The notes: generated by a model not told the origin, from the sequence alone. DNA of 64,000 nucleotides from a virus (IMGVR_UViG_3300013307_000020:1377-65376), one strand, 5' to 3'. Shown: positions 9,271 to 18,495, counted from the first letter of the stretch. Numbers and translations are program-made.

Positions 9271-9933
9271 TTAAGCACCCACTCCGTCGAGATGGGCGAG
9301 TAAAGGCGTGGAGTGATTTGCTTCCTGTGTGAAGTCCCTATCGATGGAAATTTTTTGCTTGCCTCGCGGCGAATCAGGTTCGAATAAACCGATCTGATCG
9401 CCGAAGCTCACCCAACCCGGCCGCGCTGTGCGCGCGAAGATATCGGCGCGATAGGTGAGACGCGGGCAATAGCGGTCGATCATCGAATAAAATTCTTCCG
9501 GCTTCTGCGAATGATGCCGCGCGACGCCCTTGAAGATCGAGGGGAACGGCTTGTGCTGCGGATTGCCGAGCGTGCCAATAAGAATTGGCTCATGCATCGT
9601 TCGAACGCGATAGCCCGTTCCCATGTGCGCATTGTCCGCGCGCGTTCGCTTATGCCAGATGATCGCCGACTTGTAGACGAAGCCCCAATGCCGCATCGCG
9701 TCGTGCGCTTGCTCACGCATACATTCGGTGGCCCACAGAAGAAGAAGACAATCGGGACCGGCGAGTTCGCCGATGCGGAAGTTTTTGATCTCGTTCAGTT
9801 GAAGCGTTTGATAGTGACGAAGCGCGCCCTTCTTCGTGCCCTTGCGGGACCAATTGTCGAACGCCCAGGGCGGATCCACCACGAGAAGATCGTGACGAAA
9901 CATCGGGAGATCGCCGAATTGCCACGTGCTCAT
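9271..9933 (-). CDS. MT-A70 family adenine methyltransferase
   Basis: DPPW catalytic motif, LLLWAT, GTGYRVR, HSQKPEEFY. Confidence 0.9.
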   Translation of the reverse strand: MSTWQFGDLPMFRHDLLVVDPPWAFDNWSRKGTKKGALRHYQTLQLNEIKNFRIGELAGPDCLLLLWATECMREQAHDAMRHWGFVYKSAIIWHKRTRADNAHMGTGYRVRTMHEPILIGTLGNPQHKPFPSIFKGVARHHSQKPEEFYSMIDRYCPRLTYRADIFARTARPGWVSFGDQIGLFEPDSPRGKQKISIDRDFTQEANHSTPLLAHLDGVGA

Positions 9934-10172
9934 TTGGCGGCATCCGCTATGCGTTGCCGCGTTTCGATGCGTCGCTCATGAACATATTGAATCGAGCGCG
10001 CGCGGCTAATCCGTTCCAGACCGAGCCGCTCGGCTTTCCCGATCACCGCGTTGCGCGATGGCGCCGGCGGCGCGAATTCTTCGAGCGCCTCGCAAATACG
10101 CGACGCTGAGACCTTGCCCCACATGAGCTTAAGAAAATCGACGCGTTCATCCGTCCAATAGTCACGCGGCAT
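9930..10172 (-). CDS. GcrA-like protein (N-terminal DNA-binding domain only)
   Basis: WTDERVDFLKLMW..SAS.I..SRNAVIGKAERLGL matches the GcrA N-terminus. Confidence 0.8.
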   Translation of the reverse strand: MPRDYWTDERVDFLKLMWGKVSASRICEALEEFAPPAPSRNAVIGKAERLGLERISRARSIQYVHERRIETRQRIADAAK

Positions 10173-10710
10173 CGCTGGCACTCCGAAAGAGCTCCGATGC
10201 CTGCATCGCGTGGAGCGGGTCTTTTCGCGCGCGAAAGTAGTCGAGAATGCCGAGCGCGTCGGCTTCATTGTCATCGACCGGCTTCCAGCCGCGCTTGCGG
10301 CATTCGTTCATCACCCGAAGCTTGATCCATTTGCGGCGTTCGTTCTGGCCCTCAATGTCGATCGGGGCGCGCACAACGCCGACGAAATGCAATCGCCAGC
10401 TTTGCTGATAGGTTTCGACGCAATCGATCCCGAGATCGTGCGCGATCATTTCCGTCACGTTGGCAAGCCCGAAAAGCTTGCGCTTCGCGATGATGCTGGT
10501 GTTATCGCCAAGAATGGGCGCCTCGAACACGATGTTCGTGAATTGGCGTTGCTGGCAAAATGAAACGAGCCAGCCGCGATAGGCGCAAAGGAATTCGCCG
10601 ATGCGATCATCGGTTTTGGGGAGCGTGCGGGAGCCTGACGCTTCGACCTTCGTCAGACTCCCGGCCGCCCAACCCATGTGCGTCGCCAAATCGAGGGCGA
10701 GAATGCGCAT
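10162..10710 (-). CDS. RuvC-like Holliday junction resolvase
   Basis: RILALDLATHMGWA, IVFEAP, DDNEADALGI. Confidence 0.75.
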   Translation of the reverse strand: MRILALDLATHMGWAAGSLTKVEASGSRTLPKTDDRIGEFLCAYRGWLVSFCQQRQFTNIVFEAPILGDNTSIIAKRKLFGLANVTEMIAHDLGIDCVETYQQSWRLHFVGVVRAPIDIEGQNERRKWIKLRVMNECRKRGWKPVDDNEADALGILDYFRARKDPLHAMQASELFRSASDAA

Positions 10711-10716
10711 GGAAGT

Positions 10717-11121
10717 TTAGTGAAGCGCCTGCTTGACGGCTTCGTCGGCCATCTTGCTTGCGCGTTCGCCCATCGGCGTTCCTTCAAACGCCTTTGCGAG
10801 CGCCGTCAGTGCATCGCGCTCGGACGGTTCAAGCTTGTGCAGTTTCTTCGCGAGTTTGCGTTGATGACGTTCCTCTTGGTAGACGGTCTTGATGACCTTG
10901 ACGGGAACGCCATAGTCGTTCGCTGCATCCTCGTAAATCTTCTTCATGTCGGTCGCGATGGTGCCCGCGTAGCTCTCGCCGGCGTCCGCCTTCGCGTGAA
11001 GATTTTTGAAAACGTCGGCCATGAGTTCGCGGTCGATGCGAGCTTCGCCTGTGATGATTTTCCCCCCGCGCGGCTTCTTCTCGCCGCCGACGGGCGTTTC
11101 GCTTTCGAGCGTCTTTGCCAA
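10717..11121 (-). CDS. possible GapR (DUF2312)-like DNA-binding protein
   Basis: IATDMKKIYEDAANDYGVPVKVIKTV resembles the GapR core I..D.K.VY.EA...G.D.K; strong RBS. Confidence 0.45.
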   Translation of the reverse strand: MAKTLESETPVGGEKKPRGGKIITGEARIDRELMADVFKNLHAKADAGESYAGTIATDMKKIYEDAANDYGVPVKVIKTVYQEERHQRKLAKKLHKLEPSERDALTALAKAFEGTPMGERASKMADEAVKQALH

Positions 11122-11160
11122 TGTGATCTCCTGAGTTGACTGATTCGCAACCCAAGAAGC

Positions 11161-11424
11161 TCACCCCGCTGCATCACCCATCGCAAGCGATTCGACGGCG
11201 GCTGGATGCGCCGCTCGCCATGCTTCGATTAAATCCTCAATGTCGACCGCTGGCGGCTCGCCAACCGATTCGGTCGTGAGCTTTCGAATTTTCACGAGTT
11301 CGACCGGATTGGGCCAAGCTTCGCCACTCTCGATGCGAGAGAGACGCGACGCGCTAAGACCGAGCTTTGCGGCCATCTGCGCCTGGGTCATGTCGTGATC
11401 GACGCGCCATGTTTTCAGCTTCAT
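11161..11424 (-). CDS. XRE/Cro-like HTH regulator
   Basis: MTQAQMAAKLGLSASRLSRIESG. Confidence 0.85.
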   Translation of the reverse strand: MKLKTWRVDHDMTQAQMAAKLGLSASRLSRIESGEAWPNPVELVKIRKLTTESVGEPPAVDIEDLIEAWRAAHPAAVESLAMGDAAG

Positions 11425-11431
11425 GATTCTC

Positions 11432-11519
11432 GTTATGGCCCGATTTGATGCCGATGCGCAAGATTTTTTGCAGAATTCGCAAAAATATCTTGCCGCTGGG
11501 GGATTGCGCCTCGTAGGCT
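11432..11519. promoter_or_regulatory. divergent sigma70-like promoters overlapping a long inverted repeat
   Basis: Left TTGCGC-N18-CATAAC; right TTGCCG-N18-TAGGCT; GCAAGATTTTTTGC/GCAAAAATATCTTGC repeat at 11458-11493. Confidence 0.55.
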
Positions 11520-11570
11520 TCGCCGTCGACGATTCGCGTCGGGAGCGCCAGAGTGTCCCTTCCCCTACCG

Positions 11571-11720
11571 ATGAGCCTGAATGCCGTCGCGCGGCGACTG
11601 GCGCGCTTCTACAGGCATCATCGCCTACTGTGCTGGTATGTGACCACGGCGATCGTCTTCTTCGCCGTGGGCGGATTTTTGGGCTTTGTCGTCAAGATCG
11701 GGAGCGAAGGCGGGCCGTGA
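11571..11720 (+). CDS. small single-TM protein (49 aa, not in ORF track)
   Basis: MSLNAVARRLARFYRHHRLLCWYVTTAIVFFAVGGFLGFVVKIGSEGGP; GTGA overlap with next ORF. Confidence 0.5.
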   Translation: MSLNAVARRLARFYRHHRLLCWYVTTAIVFFAVGGFLGFVVKIGSEGGP

Positions 11721-11944
11721 ACAATTGCGAAAATTGTCGCCTCGCCGGGAGCGTTCAAGGCTGTCCCAATTTGCGGCGCTGCTGGCGGGTATCGGAGAAG
11801 TTGATCGTCGCCCGAGATTTTTCTTGCGCTTGGTTTCAACCATCAACGGCAAACCAAGAGATCGAGCATCGAGCGAAGACGTTCAAAAATCGAGAGAGAA
11901 TGGTGGAACACATTTACACGGAGAGAGATTTTGCGACGACCTGA
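11717..11944 (+). CDS. small four-Cys protein
   Basis: GTG start, CENC..RC..FSCAWF. Confidence 0.5.
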   Translation: MNNCENCRLAGSVQGCPNLRRCWRVSEKLIVARDFSCAWFQPSTANQEIEHRAKTFKNRERMVEHIYTERDFATT

Positions 11945-12143
11945 TGACTGTTGCGGCAATTGCCTCTTTGGGAAGCTGATCGGCAACGATCTCAGCGTTC
12001 GCATGTGCAAGCTGAAGCCGCCGAAAGTGTTCGCGGTCCCCGCGCCGCCGCCGCGCATGATTGCCTTCGAGGGCGTGCGACCAAACATGCAGGCAATCGA
12101 TTGGTGCGGCAAGCACGAGCGCAAAGAGGAGCTCACGTTTTGA
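11931..12143 (+). CDS. small four-Cys phage protein
   Basis: CGNC..CKLKPP..P..DWCGKH. Confidence 0.6.
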   Translation: MRRPDDCCGNCLFGKLIGNDLSVRMCKLKPPKVFAVPAPPPRMIAFEGVRPNMQAIDWCGKHERKEELTF

Positions 12144-12694
12144 GTGAGTTACTTGATCAACGGCTGCACAAGATCGCCGCGATGAGCGAAATCGAGCGAT
12201 TTAATTTCAAAGTGCCCGCTGGCTTGTCCTTTCACGTTCAGGGTCAACTGCCGCAATCGGTTTGGTTCTCGCTAGAAACGAATACTAAAACGCCGCCGTC
12301 GTTCCTCTCTGAGCGAATTTGGCGCGCGTCAATACAGGAAGGGATATTGTGCGGCGGGCAATTGAATAACGATTATGAATTCATGCGCCCGGTCATCGTG
12401 GATTTTTTCACGCGACTTCATGATCATGCGTTGGAACTGGATCGCGAGAAACAGAGAGAGGCCGAAGCGGCGGCGCATCGAGAGAAAGACGCGCGCAAAG
12501 CCACACATTCTGAAGGAGAGAGACGAATGACGCGCAAGGCGATCAGTTATCGCGGCAATACGCGCGGCATCAATCACAAGCTCCACGCCAAAAGAGCGAA
12601 GGCTGAACGCATCGCGCGCGGGATGACGCGGCGCGAACTTGATCGTGAGCGCGAAGCAAAACGTCAGGCGGCTTTGGCGAAGGCGCTCGGTTGA
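12140..12694 (+). CDS. hypothetical protein
   Basis: TTG start after GAGGAG, TTGA overlap. Confidence 0.5.
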   Translation: MSELLDQRLHKIAAMSEIERFNFKVPAGLSFHVQGQLPQSVWFSLETNTKTPPSFLSERIWRASIQEGILCGGQLNNDYEFMRPVIVDFFTRLHDHALELDREKQREAEAAAHREKDARKATHSEGERRMTRKAISYRGNTRGINHKLHAKRAKAERIARGMTRRELDREREAKRQAALAKALG

Positions 12695-12697
12695 ACG

Positions 12698-13621
12698 ATG
12701 CCCGATCTCGCTCGCAAAACAATTAGCGCAACCGAAATGTCGGGGCTGTTTGGCATTTCGCCCTACGTGACGAAGTGGATGCTCTGGCAACGCTTCGCGA
12801 ACGGGATGATGATCGAAAGCGCGGCCGATAATCGCATGTCATGGGGCTCCAAGCTCGAACCGCTTTTGATCGCGCAAGCGGCGCAAGACCTGAAGCTCGA
12901 AGTGAAGCCCAATCGCGACGCAAACGGCTGGCAGGAATATGTGACGCGCAATCTTTTGGGATGCTCACGGGACGCGACGATCATCGCGCCCGATCTCGGG
13001 CCAGGTGCGCTCGAAACCAAATGCGTCTTCGACTATGCAACATGGATGCGGGAATGGGATGGCGGCAAGCGTCCGCCGCCGCATTATGAAATTCAGCTTC
13101 AAGTGCAAATGTACGTGGGCGATGGCGTCAACTCATTCGAATGGGGCACGCTCGCGGTCTTTGTTTGCGGCGACATGAAATACTTCAATCGTCATCCGAT
13201 CCGGGATCTCTGGAAGGTGTTCGAGGAAGAAGCCGAGCATTTTTTCATGACGGTACGGGAGAAACTCGAACCGCCAGCATTCGGAAAAGAAGTCGAATGG
13301 CCGCTGCTTCGCTCGCTGTACCCGCCAACGCCCAAGCTGATTCTCGACTATCAGAATGAGCGCGACGCGTTCGAGCTGGCGGAAGACGCTCGCATGTTCA
13401 ACTACTATGCGGAGCAGGAGAGCGGCAACGCCAAGGCAAAAGAGAAGGTCAAATATCGCTTGCTGGCGGCTATGAAGGGCGCAGAGGAATTGCTTCTACC
13501 GAATGGGATCATCGCGCGCCAACGCAAGCATGGCAGCGGCGTTCGCGTGACTGTGTACGTGCCGAGCGATCTTCCTGAAGGCGACATTTCATTTTTCGAA
13601 GATGCAGAGTTTGGATCATGA
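12698..13621 (+). CDS. YqaJ-like (lambda exo family) exonuclease
   Basis: ISATE..GISPY, WGSKLEP, SRDA..LETK, YEIQLQVQM. Confidence 0.85.
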   Translation: MPDLARKTISATEMSGLFGISPYVTKWMLWQRFANGMMIESAADNRMSWGSKLEPLLIAQAAQDLKLEVKPNRDANGWQEYVTRNLLGCSRDATIIAPDLGPGALETKCVFDYATWMREWDGGKRPPPHYEIQLQVQMYVGDGVNSFEWGTLAVFVCGDMKYFNRHPIRDLWKVFEEEAEHFFMTVREKLEPPAFGKEVEWPLLRSLYPPTPKLILDYQNERDAFELAEDARMFNYYAEQESGNAKAKEKVKYRLLAAMKGAEELLLPNGIIARQRKHGSGVRVTVYVPSDLPEGDISFFEDAEFGS

Positions 13622-13923
13622 TCAACAAGGTTTCTATTTCGGCGACGAAGACCGCCGAGCAAATCAGTGAGCGCATCCAGCGCGGCTGGATCGTGGATTG
13701 CATCGCAACGCGAAGCGACGGCTATCTTTTCATGCTCTGTCGGCTCGGCCGGAGTCGAACGGCTGACAATTATGTGATTTTAGCGGGGTGCAGGCAGATG
13801 ACGCTTAACCGATATCGCCGCCACGCGAGAAGCTATGGCAACGCAGGAAAGAGTCGCGAGACAAATCACATTCTGGATTTGTTCGAGGACTACATCAAAT
13901 TGAAATGGACGAGGGCAATATGA
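13618..13923 (+). CDS. hypothetical protein
   Basis: ATGA overlaps on both sides. Confidence 0.5.
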   Translation: MINKVSISATKTAEQISERIQRGWIVDCIATRSDGYLFMLCRLGRSRTADNYVILAGCRQMTLNRYRRHARSYGNAGKSRETNHILDLFEDYIKLKWTRAI

Positions 13924-14147
13924 GTCATCGGTATTTTGCCAAAAAGCCGGACGAGAAGCGCGCCGAGGCAAAGGGCGACACTAAGATTTCGAAACGCGGA
14001 TCTCCCAATCGTCGCATCATTTTTCAGAAGTCGAAAAACGGCTACGAGCGATCCTATCACGCGACGAAGGGCTGGCGCGGACAGCGTGAACCGGAAATCG
14101 GCGCGACGCCCGCCGGTGAACTTTACGCCTCTTTCCTGCCGAGCTGA
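13920..14147 (+). CDS. small basic protein with HATKGWR motif
   Basis: Translationally coupled, GAGG RBS. Confidence 0.5.
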   Translation: MSHRYFAKKPDEKRAEAKGDTKISKRGSPNRRIIFQKSKNGYERSYHATKGWRGQREPEIGATPAGELYASFLPS

Positions 14148-14149
14148 TC

Positions 14150-15235
14150 ATGAGCAACGATCTTGTCGTCTTGGAAAATGAATTGCGCCCGCTGGTGCCG
14201 CAATTCGATGAGGCATTGTCTGGGCGAATGCCCGCCGCGCAATTGATCCGCACGATGATGGTGAGCGTGGAGCGCACGCCGAAGCTTCTGCTATGCACGC
14301 GGCAATCGCTTTTCAATTCGGCGATGACGTTCGCGGTGCTGGCATTGCCGGTCGATGGCGCGACGGGGCAGGGGTACTTGCTTCCCTTCAAGGGGCGCGC
14401 GCAACCAGTCATCGGCTACAAAGGCATGAATACGCTCGGCTCGCGCGCGGGTCTCACCATCACCGGCGAAGTGGTTCGCGAAGGCGACGAATTCGACTAT
14501 CTCCTCGGCACGAAGGCATTCGTTCATCACAAGCCAAAGCTCGGCAACAAGGGACGCATCATCGCCGCCTGGGCGACCGCCGAGGCGAACAATCGCCCGC
14601 CAATCATTTCCGTGATGGGGATCGACGATCTCATGGCGGTGAAGGCCAAGGCGCCGGGGGCGAGCATGAGCGATAGTCCGTGGAACGATCCGCACATTGG
14701 ATTGCCGGCGATGTTCGCGAAGACAGCGAAGCGTCGGCTTGCCCGATCAACGCCGCTGCAATTGCAATCGCCCGAATTCATGATGGCGGCGGCTATGGAC
14801 GAGGCATTTGAGGAGCGCGGTCAACGCGCCTACATCACGCGAGATCATAAGGTGCAAATCGAAGCGCCGAGCGATGTGATCGATGGCGAGACCGAGACAC
14901 CGAACGCGAGCGAGCTCGTCACGCCCAAAGAAAATCCCATTCTGACCGAGGCGCGGGAGAAGGCTTTCGATGGCGAGGCGGTGATCGCGCCATGGTTCGC
15001 CAAGCTCAACGCCGATGAGCGTCGCTTTCTGAAGTCGCATCTTCCCGAGCTTCGCAAGATCGCGGCCAACCCCGAAAAGTTTTTGCAGGACGAGGGGCGT
15101 GAAGCGGCCGATGGTGGTCGCGACGTGCTCGATGCTTGGTGGAATCGATTGACGCCAGCGTGGCGCGAGAAGCTCGACAGCTATCGCACCAATATTCTTC
15201 TGCCAATCGTCGATGCACAAGGGAGCACAATATGA
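14150..15235 (+). CDS. recT: RecT-family single-strand annealing protein
   Basis: GQGYLLPF, IGYKG, VREGDEF, SPW..MFAKT..RRL; downstream of YqaJ. Confidence 0.85.
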   Translation: MSNDLVVLENELRPLVPQFDEALSGRMPAAQLIRTMMVSVERTPKLLLCTRQSLFNSAMTFAVLALPVDGATGQGYLLPFKGRAQPVIGYKGMNTLGSRAGLTITGEVVREGDEFDYLLGTKAFVHHKPKLGNKGRIIAAWATAEANNRPPIISVMGIDDLMAVKAKAPGASMSDSPWNDPHIGLPAMFAKTAKRRLARSTPLQLQSPEFMMAAAMDEAFEERGQRAYITRDHKVQIEAPSDVIDGETETPNASELVTPKENPILTEAREKAFDGEAVIAPWFAKLNADERRFLKSHLPELRKIAANPEKFLQDEGREAADGGRDVLDAWWNRLTPAWREKLDSYRTNILLPIVDAQGSTI

Positions 15236-15819
15236 ATTTGCGTGAGAAGAAAAGAATGCGCCTCTTGATGGAGCGCGCGCGTGGCGGTGAGCGAAGGCTG
15301 GAAGCCGCCAGCCGATACAATGAGCGCATCATCGGCGAACTTGATGAAGAAAAAAAACAGCGTGCCGCTTTGGACGAAACTTGCGCTGGATACGAAAAAC
15401 AAATCGCCGCGATGCGTCAGGAGATCGTCGATCTTAATGCGATGCTGTCATTGAAGGAGGCCGACAAGGCGCATGATGACGCCGAGCGCGCCGATCTCGA
15501 AAAGGAACTGAAGCAGCGCGCGCTTGAGATCAATCGCCTCCAGAACGAGAAGACTGATCAGCGAAAGACGGTCGCGGAATTGAAAGCAATCATCGATCAG
15601 CAGGCGAGATCGCTATCCTATTACCAAGGCTATGTCTTGCGCGCACTCGAAGATGATCGCGTTCGCGAAGTAGGCGCAACTGAACCGGCAAGCAATGTCA
15701 CGCCGCAGCCCATGACGGTGAACACGCGACGCGGCCCCGAGACGATGCCATTCGATCTGGGTGGCGGGCGCTTCAACTATGCAGGGCCGCACGATAGCAA
15801 GCCGTGGTTCGATCTCTGA
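15232..15819 (+). CDS. coiled-coil protein
   Basis: Heptad-rich helical sequence; ATGA overlap with recT. Confidence 0.6.
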   Translation: MNLREKKRMRLLMERARGGERRLEAASRYNERIIGELDEEKKQRAALDETCAGYEKQIAAMRQEIVDLNAMLSLKEADKAHDDAERADLEKELKQRALEINRLQNEKTDQRKTVAELKAIIDQQARSLSYYQGYVLRALEDDRVREVGATEPASNVTPQPMTVNTRRGPETMPFDLGGGRFNYAGPHDSKPWFDL

Positions 15820-15908
15820 ATTCTCCCGGTCCCAAAATTGGGAGAGTCGTCATCGTGCCCGTTCGGACGTAAACAAAACGGCTTTTTATCATTCAAACGA
15901 GGGACAAC

Positions 15909-16106
15909 ATGGCAACGCAAACGACACCGCCACAACGCGGCTACAGAATTCGGCTCACGATGTTCGTGCCGATCACCAAGGATCTTCTCACCACGAAGAA
16001 AGCGATTGAATTCGCCGAGCGGTTTTCCAAACTGCCCGCCGACGCGCCGGAAGGCACGATCATCGAACGCTTCGAGGCGAAGTCCGGTCAACAAAAGGAG
16101 TCCTGA
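15909..16106 (+). CDS. hypothetical protein
   Basis: GAGG RBS, in operon. Confidence 0.5.
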   Translation: MATQTTPPQRGYRIRLTMFVPITKDLLTTKKAIEFAERFSKLPADAPEGTIIERFEAKSGQQKES

Positions 16107-16108
16107 TC

Positions 16109-16399
16109 TTGCCCTTGAAAGCACCGACCGATCTCGGTCTGAAATATGAGAAGGCGCTTCACGGCGTCCAAACGGCGACCGCCTACGAGATGGGCGTTCG
16201 TCCGCAAATGGCAACCGATCTCTTGAAGCATCTTCGAACCGGGCTCGATGCCCGCGCGAGCGATCACTTTGGTCTTGCTCGATTGCTCATTCAGAAGGGC
16301 GTCATCACCGAAGCGGAATACGCCGAGGCGATGCGGCTTGAGATCAACAATGAGCTTGCGATGCGGGAGGAAGACTTCAAGCCGATGAAGTTTCGCTGA
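16109..16399 (+). CDS. hypothetical protein
   Basis: AAGGAG RBS; LLIQKGVITEAEY. Confidence 0.55.
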   Translation: MPLKAPTDLGLKYEKALHGVQTATAYEMGVRPQMATDLLKHLRTGLDARASDHFGLARLLIQKGVITEAEYAEAMRLEINNELAMREEDFKPMKFR

Positions 16400-16440
16400 T
16401 CGAGGACGTGGTTGGCCGCACTAGAAACGGAAGGAGCGAG

Positions 16441-16686
16441 ATGATGATGAGGCAGCAGGAACGCGAATTTATTTTGGTTCAGATGCGGGGATTGCTAGAG
16501 AATCTTCCCTTTCATGCCGAAGCCGAAAGGCGGCGCTGCTATAGCGTGATCGAAACGCTTGTCGCGAACGCCCTTCGGTCGCATCCACAATTGCTAGAAG
16601 CCGCGAAGGCGGTGATCGACAATCCCCGCAGCGAGGCCGCATTGCAAAAACTCCGTGAGGCGCTGAAGACGGCGACAAATGATTAG
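16441..16686 (+). CDS. hypothetical protein
   Basis: AAGGAG RBS before ATG. Confidence 0.45.
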   Translation: MMMRQQEREFILVQMRGLLENLPFHAEAERRRCYSVIETLVANALRSHPQLLEAAKAVIDNPRSEAALQKLREALKTATND

Positions 16687-16864
16687 CATCGACGATCAAG
16701 TCAAGTGCGTGGAGCGCGAGATCAAAATGCGCCACTCGGTCTATGCCCGACGCGTTGCCGATAAGAAGATGACGCAAGCTCAGGCCGACCGCGAGATCGA
16801 GGCGATGGAAGCCGTTCTTGGCACGCTGCGCGACGTGCAATCGAAATCGATGCTGGCGCTGTAA
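16679..16864 (+). CDS. conserved small phage protein
   Basis: QVKCVEREIKMRHSVYARRV..M..VL.TL pattern typical of phage hypotheticals. Confidence 0.6.
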   Translation: MISIDDQVKCVEREIKMRHSVYARRVADKKMTQAQADREIEAMEAVLGTLRDVQSKSMLAL

Positions 16865-16867
16865 GCG

Positions 16868-17167
16868 ATGACGATGGTCATCGAATTGGTTTCATCGTTC
16901 GTTTGGCATTCTCGCCCTGATTTCGACGAGGCGACAGTGACTCTCGTGCGCGTCGATGAAAATGATCGTCCTATCCCGAATGCCAAGCCGCGCGTGCTTT
17001 ATATTCAACGTTCGCCCCGCGCCGAGGATCTCCAATATGCATGGCGCGCAGGCAAGCTGATTCGCGACGGCGTAATCACCGAGGAAAAAGCGTCGTTCTC
17101 CTACGGCGACTTTTTCGCTGATCCGCTTTGCGAACACATTTGGCGTGAACGCGACACAATGCGATGA
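16868..17167 (+). CDS. hypothetical protein
   Basis: In operon. Confidence 0.45.
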   Translation: MTMVIELVSSFVWHSRPDFDEATVTLVRVDENDRPIPNAKPRVLYIQRSPRAEDLQYAWRAGKLIRDGVITEEKASFSYGDFFADPLCEHIWRERDTMR

Positions 17168-17174
17168 ATGACCG

Positions 17175-17729
17175 ATGGCCGAGAACGCGACGCGATGCAA
17201 TGTGAGCGACGGCGATCTTTTCATCGAGGCCGACCCGAACGAATTCGTCTACGTCGATGGGCCGAATTCGGGGCTGATCTCCGTCAGACCCGGCGAAGAT
17301 TGGGTGCAAGGTCATGACACGCGCTGGGTTAGCGATGACTTTCTGCGACCGAGCGATCTGATTTTTCTCGCTGGCGTGCCCTATTACATTCTCGACGTGC
17401 CGACCGATACTCGCCTGAAGCTTTTCACGGTCTATATTGGCGCCGTGCAGCTTGAGAATTATCCCTATCGTCTCGGTCGCCGAAGATCAGCGGCCGCGCC
17501 ATTGATCAACGCCGAGCGGGTCTTCGCCGCGCAAGCGTATAGACCGACTATCGCGGACGAGCAATTTCGGACGCTGGCGGATGAGATTTTCGCCGAGCGC
17601 GACGGCGTTGAAAAAGACCCATTGAGCGGCACTTTTGTCTTTCATGCCGAGCGTCACGATCTCGCGCCGTGCGGGCATCCGTGGGAAAGCGGTACGTGCC
17701 CGGGATGCGAGATAGAGATTCCCTTCTAG
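17175..17729 (+). CDS. hypothetical protein with tail-fibre-anchor-like domain, Zn knuckle and terminal IPF
   Basis: Motif inspection, see findings. Confidence 0.5.
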   Translation: MAENATRCNVSDGDLFIEADPNEFVYVDGPNSGLISVRPGEDWVQGHDTRWVSDDFLRPSDLIFLAGVPYYILDVPTDTRLKLFTVYIGAVQLENYPYRLGRRRSAAAPLINAERVFAAQAYRPTIADEQFRTLADEIFAERDGVEKDPLSGTFVFHAERHDLAPCGHPWESGTCPGCEIEIPF

Positions 17730-17830
17730 GAATTGCCACTGATTCAGCGCCGGGGTATTGCTTGATTCGCCGTCAGGCGTAGAGCGCGGTCGCCTCGGCA
17801 TAGATCGGCGCGCAAATTTTTGGGATCGAC

Positions 17831-18052
17831 ATGAGTGAGCAAGGCACGAAACAACGGGTGGCAGGCAAGGTAAAGTTTTTCGACTCGAAGAAAGGCTTCG
17901 GCTTCATTCGCGTCGACGGCAGCGACGAGGAATTGTTTTTTCACGTAAGCGATCTCGGTCAGCACAAGGAGATTGATGACGGCCAGGCGGTGACGTTCGA
18001 GCGCGGCACCGGCAAGAAAGGCCCGAAGGCGGCGAACGTTCGTCAGATCTGA
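17831..18052 (+). CDS. cold-shock domain protein (CspA family)
   Basis: GKVKFFDSKKGFGFI (RNP1), LFFHVSDL (RNP2), KGPKAANV. Confidence 0.93.
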   Translation: MSEQGTKQRVAGKVKFFDSKKGFGFIRVDGSDEELFFHVSDLGQHKEIDDGQAVTFERGTGKKGPKAANVRQI

Positions 18053-18070
18053 TCGCCAAGTTCTGAAAAC

Positions 18071-18102
18071 AAAAAAGCCCCGGTTTTTAGCCGGGGCTTT
18101 TT
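18071..18102. terminator. bidirectional rho-independent terminator
   Basis: AAAAAAGCCCCGG-loop-CCGGGGCTTTTT between convergent operons. Confidence 0.85.
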
Positions 18103-18162
18103 CGCGTGGGGATCATCCAATCACCCCATCAGGGATCGCCAAGTGGCGCCAGATGGCGATCT

Positions 18163-18495
18163 TCAAAATAGAGGGAAGTTCAATCGCTGGAAGTTGGCCT
18201 TCCAGAGCTGATCGCGATGATGCTCCCGCAAGTTGGTCCCGAAACGATGACCCCACCAAGTGAGCGCCGCCGCATCGAATAGAAACCGCGACAACGGGAA
18301 CTGCCATACGACATTGGATCGGATCGAGAGATCGTGGACGCCGAGCCAGAAGGCGCAGATCGCCACGCCGTAGAGAATAGCCCGCGACGTGGAGCTCAGA
18401 TGATCGAAGCGGAGCTGGGCGTTTGCGATCAGAATGAGCGAGAGCGCAAACAATACCACTCCGTCGAATTGCAGCATGAGCGTACTAATCGCCAT
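18163..18495 (-). CDS. membrane protein (lysis cassette)
   Basis: 2-3 hydrophobic segments; last gene of late operon. Confidence 0.5.
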   Translation of the reverse strand: MAISTLMLQFDGVVLFALSLILIANAQLRFDHLSSTSRAILYGVAICAFWLGVHDLSIRSNVVWQFPLSRFLFDAAALTWWGHRFGTNLREHHRDQLWKANFQRLNFPLF

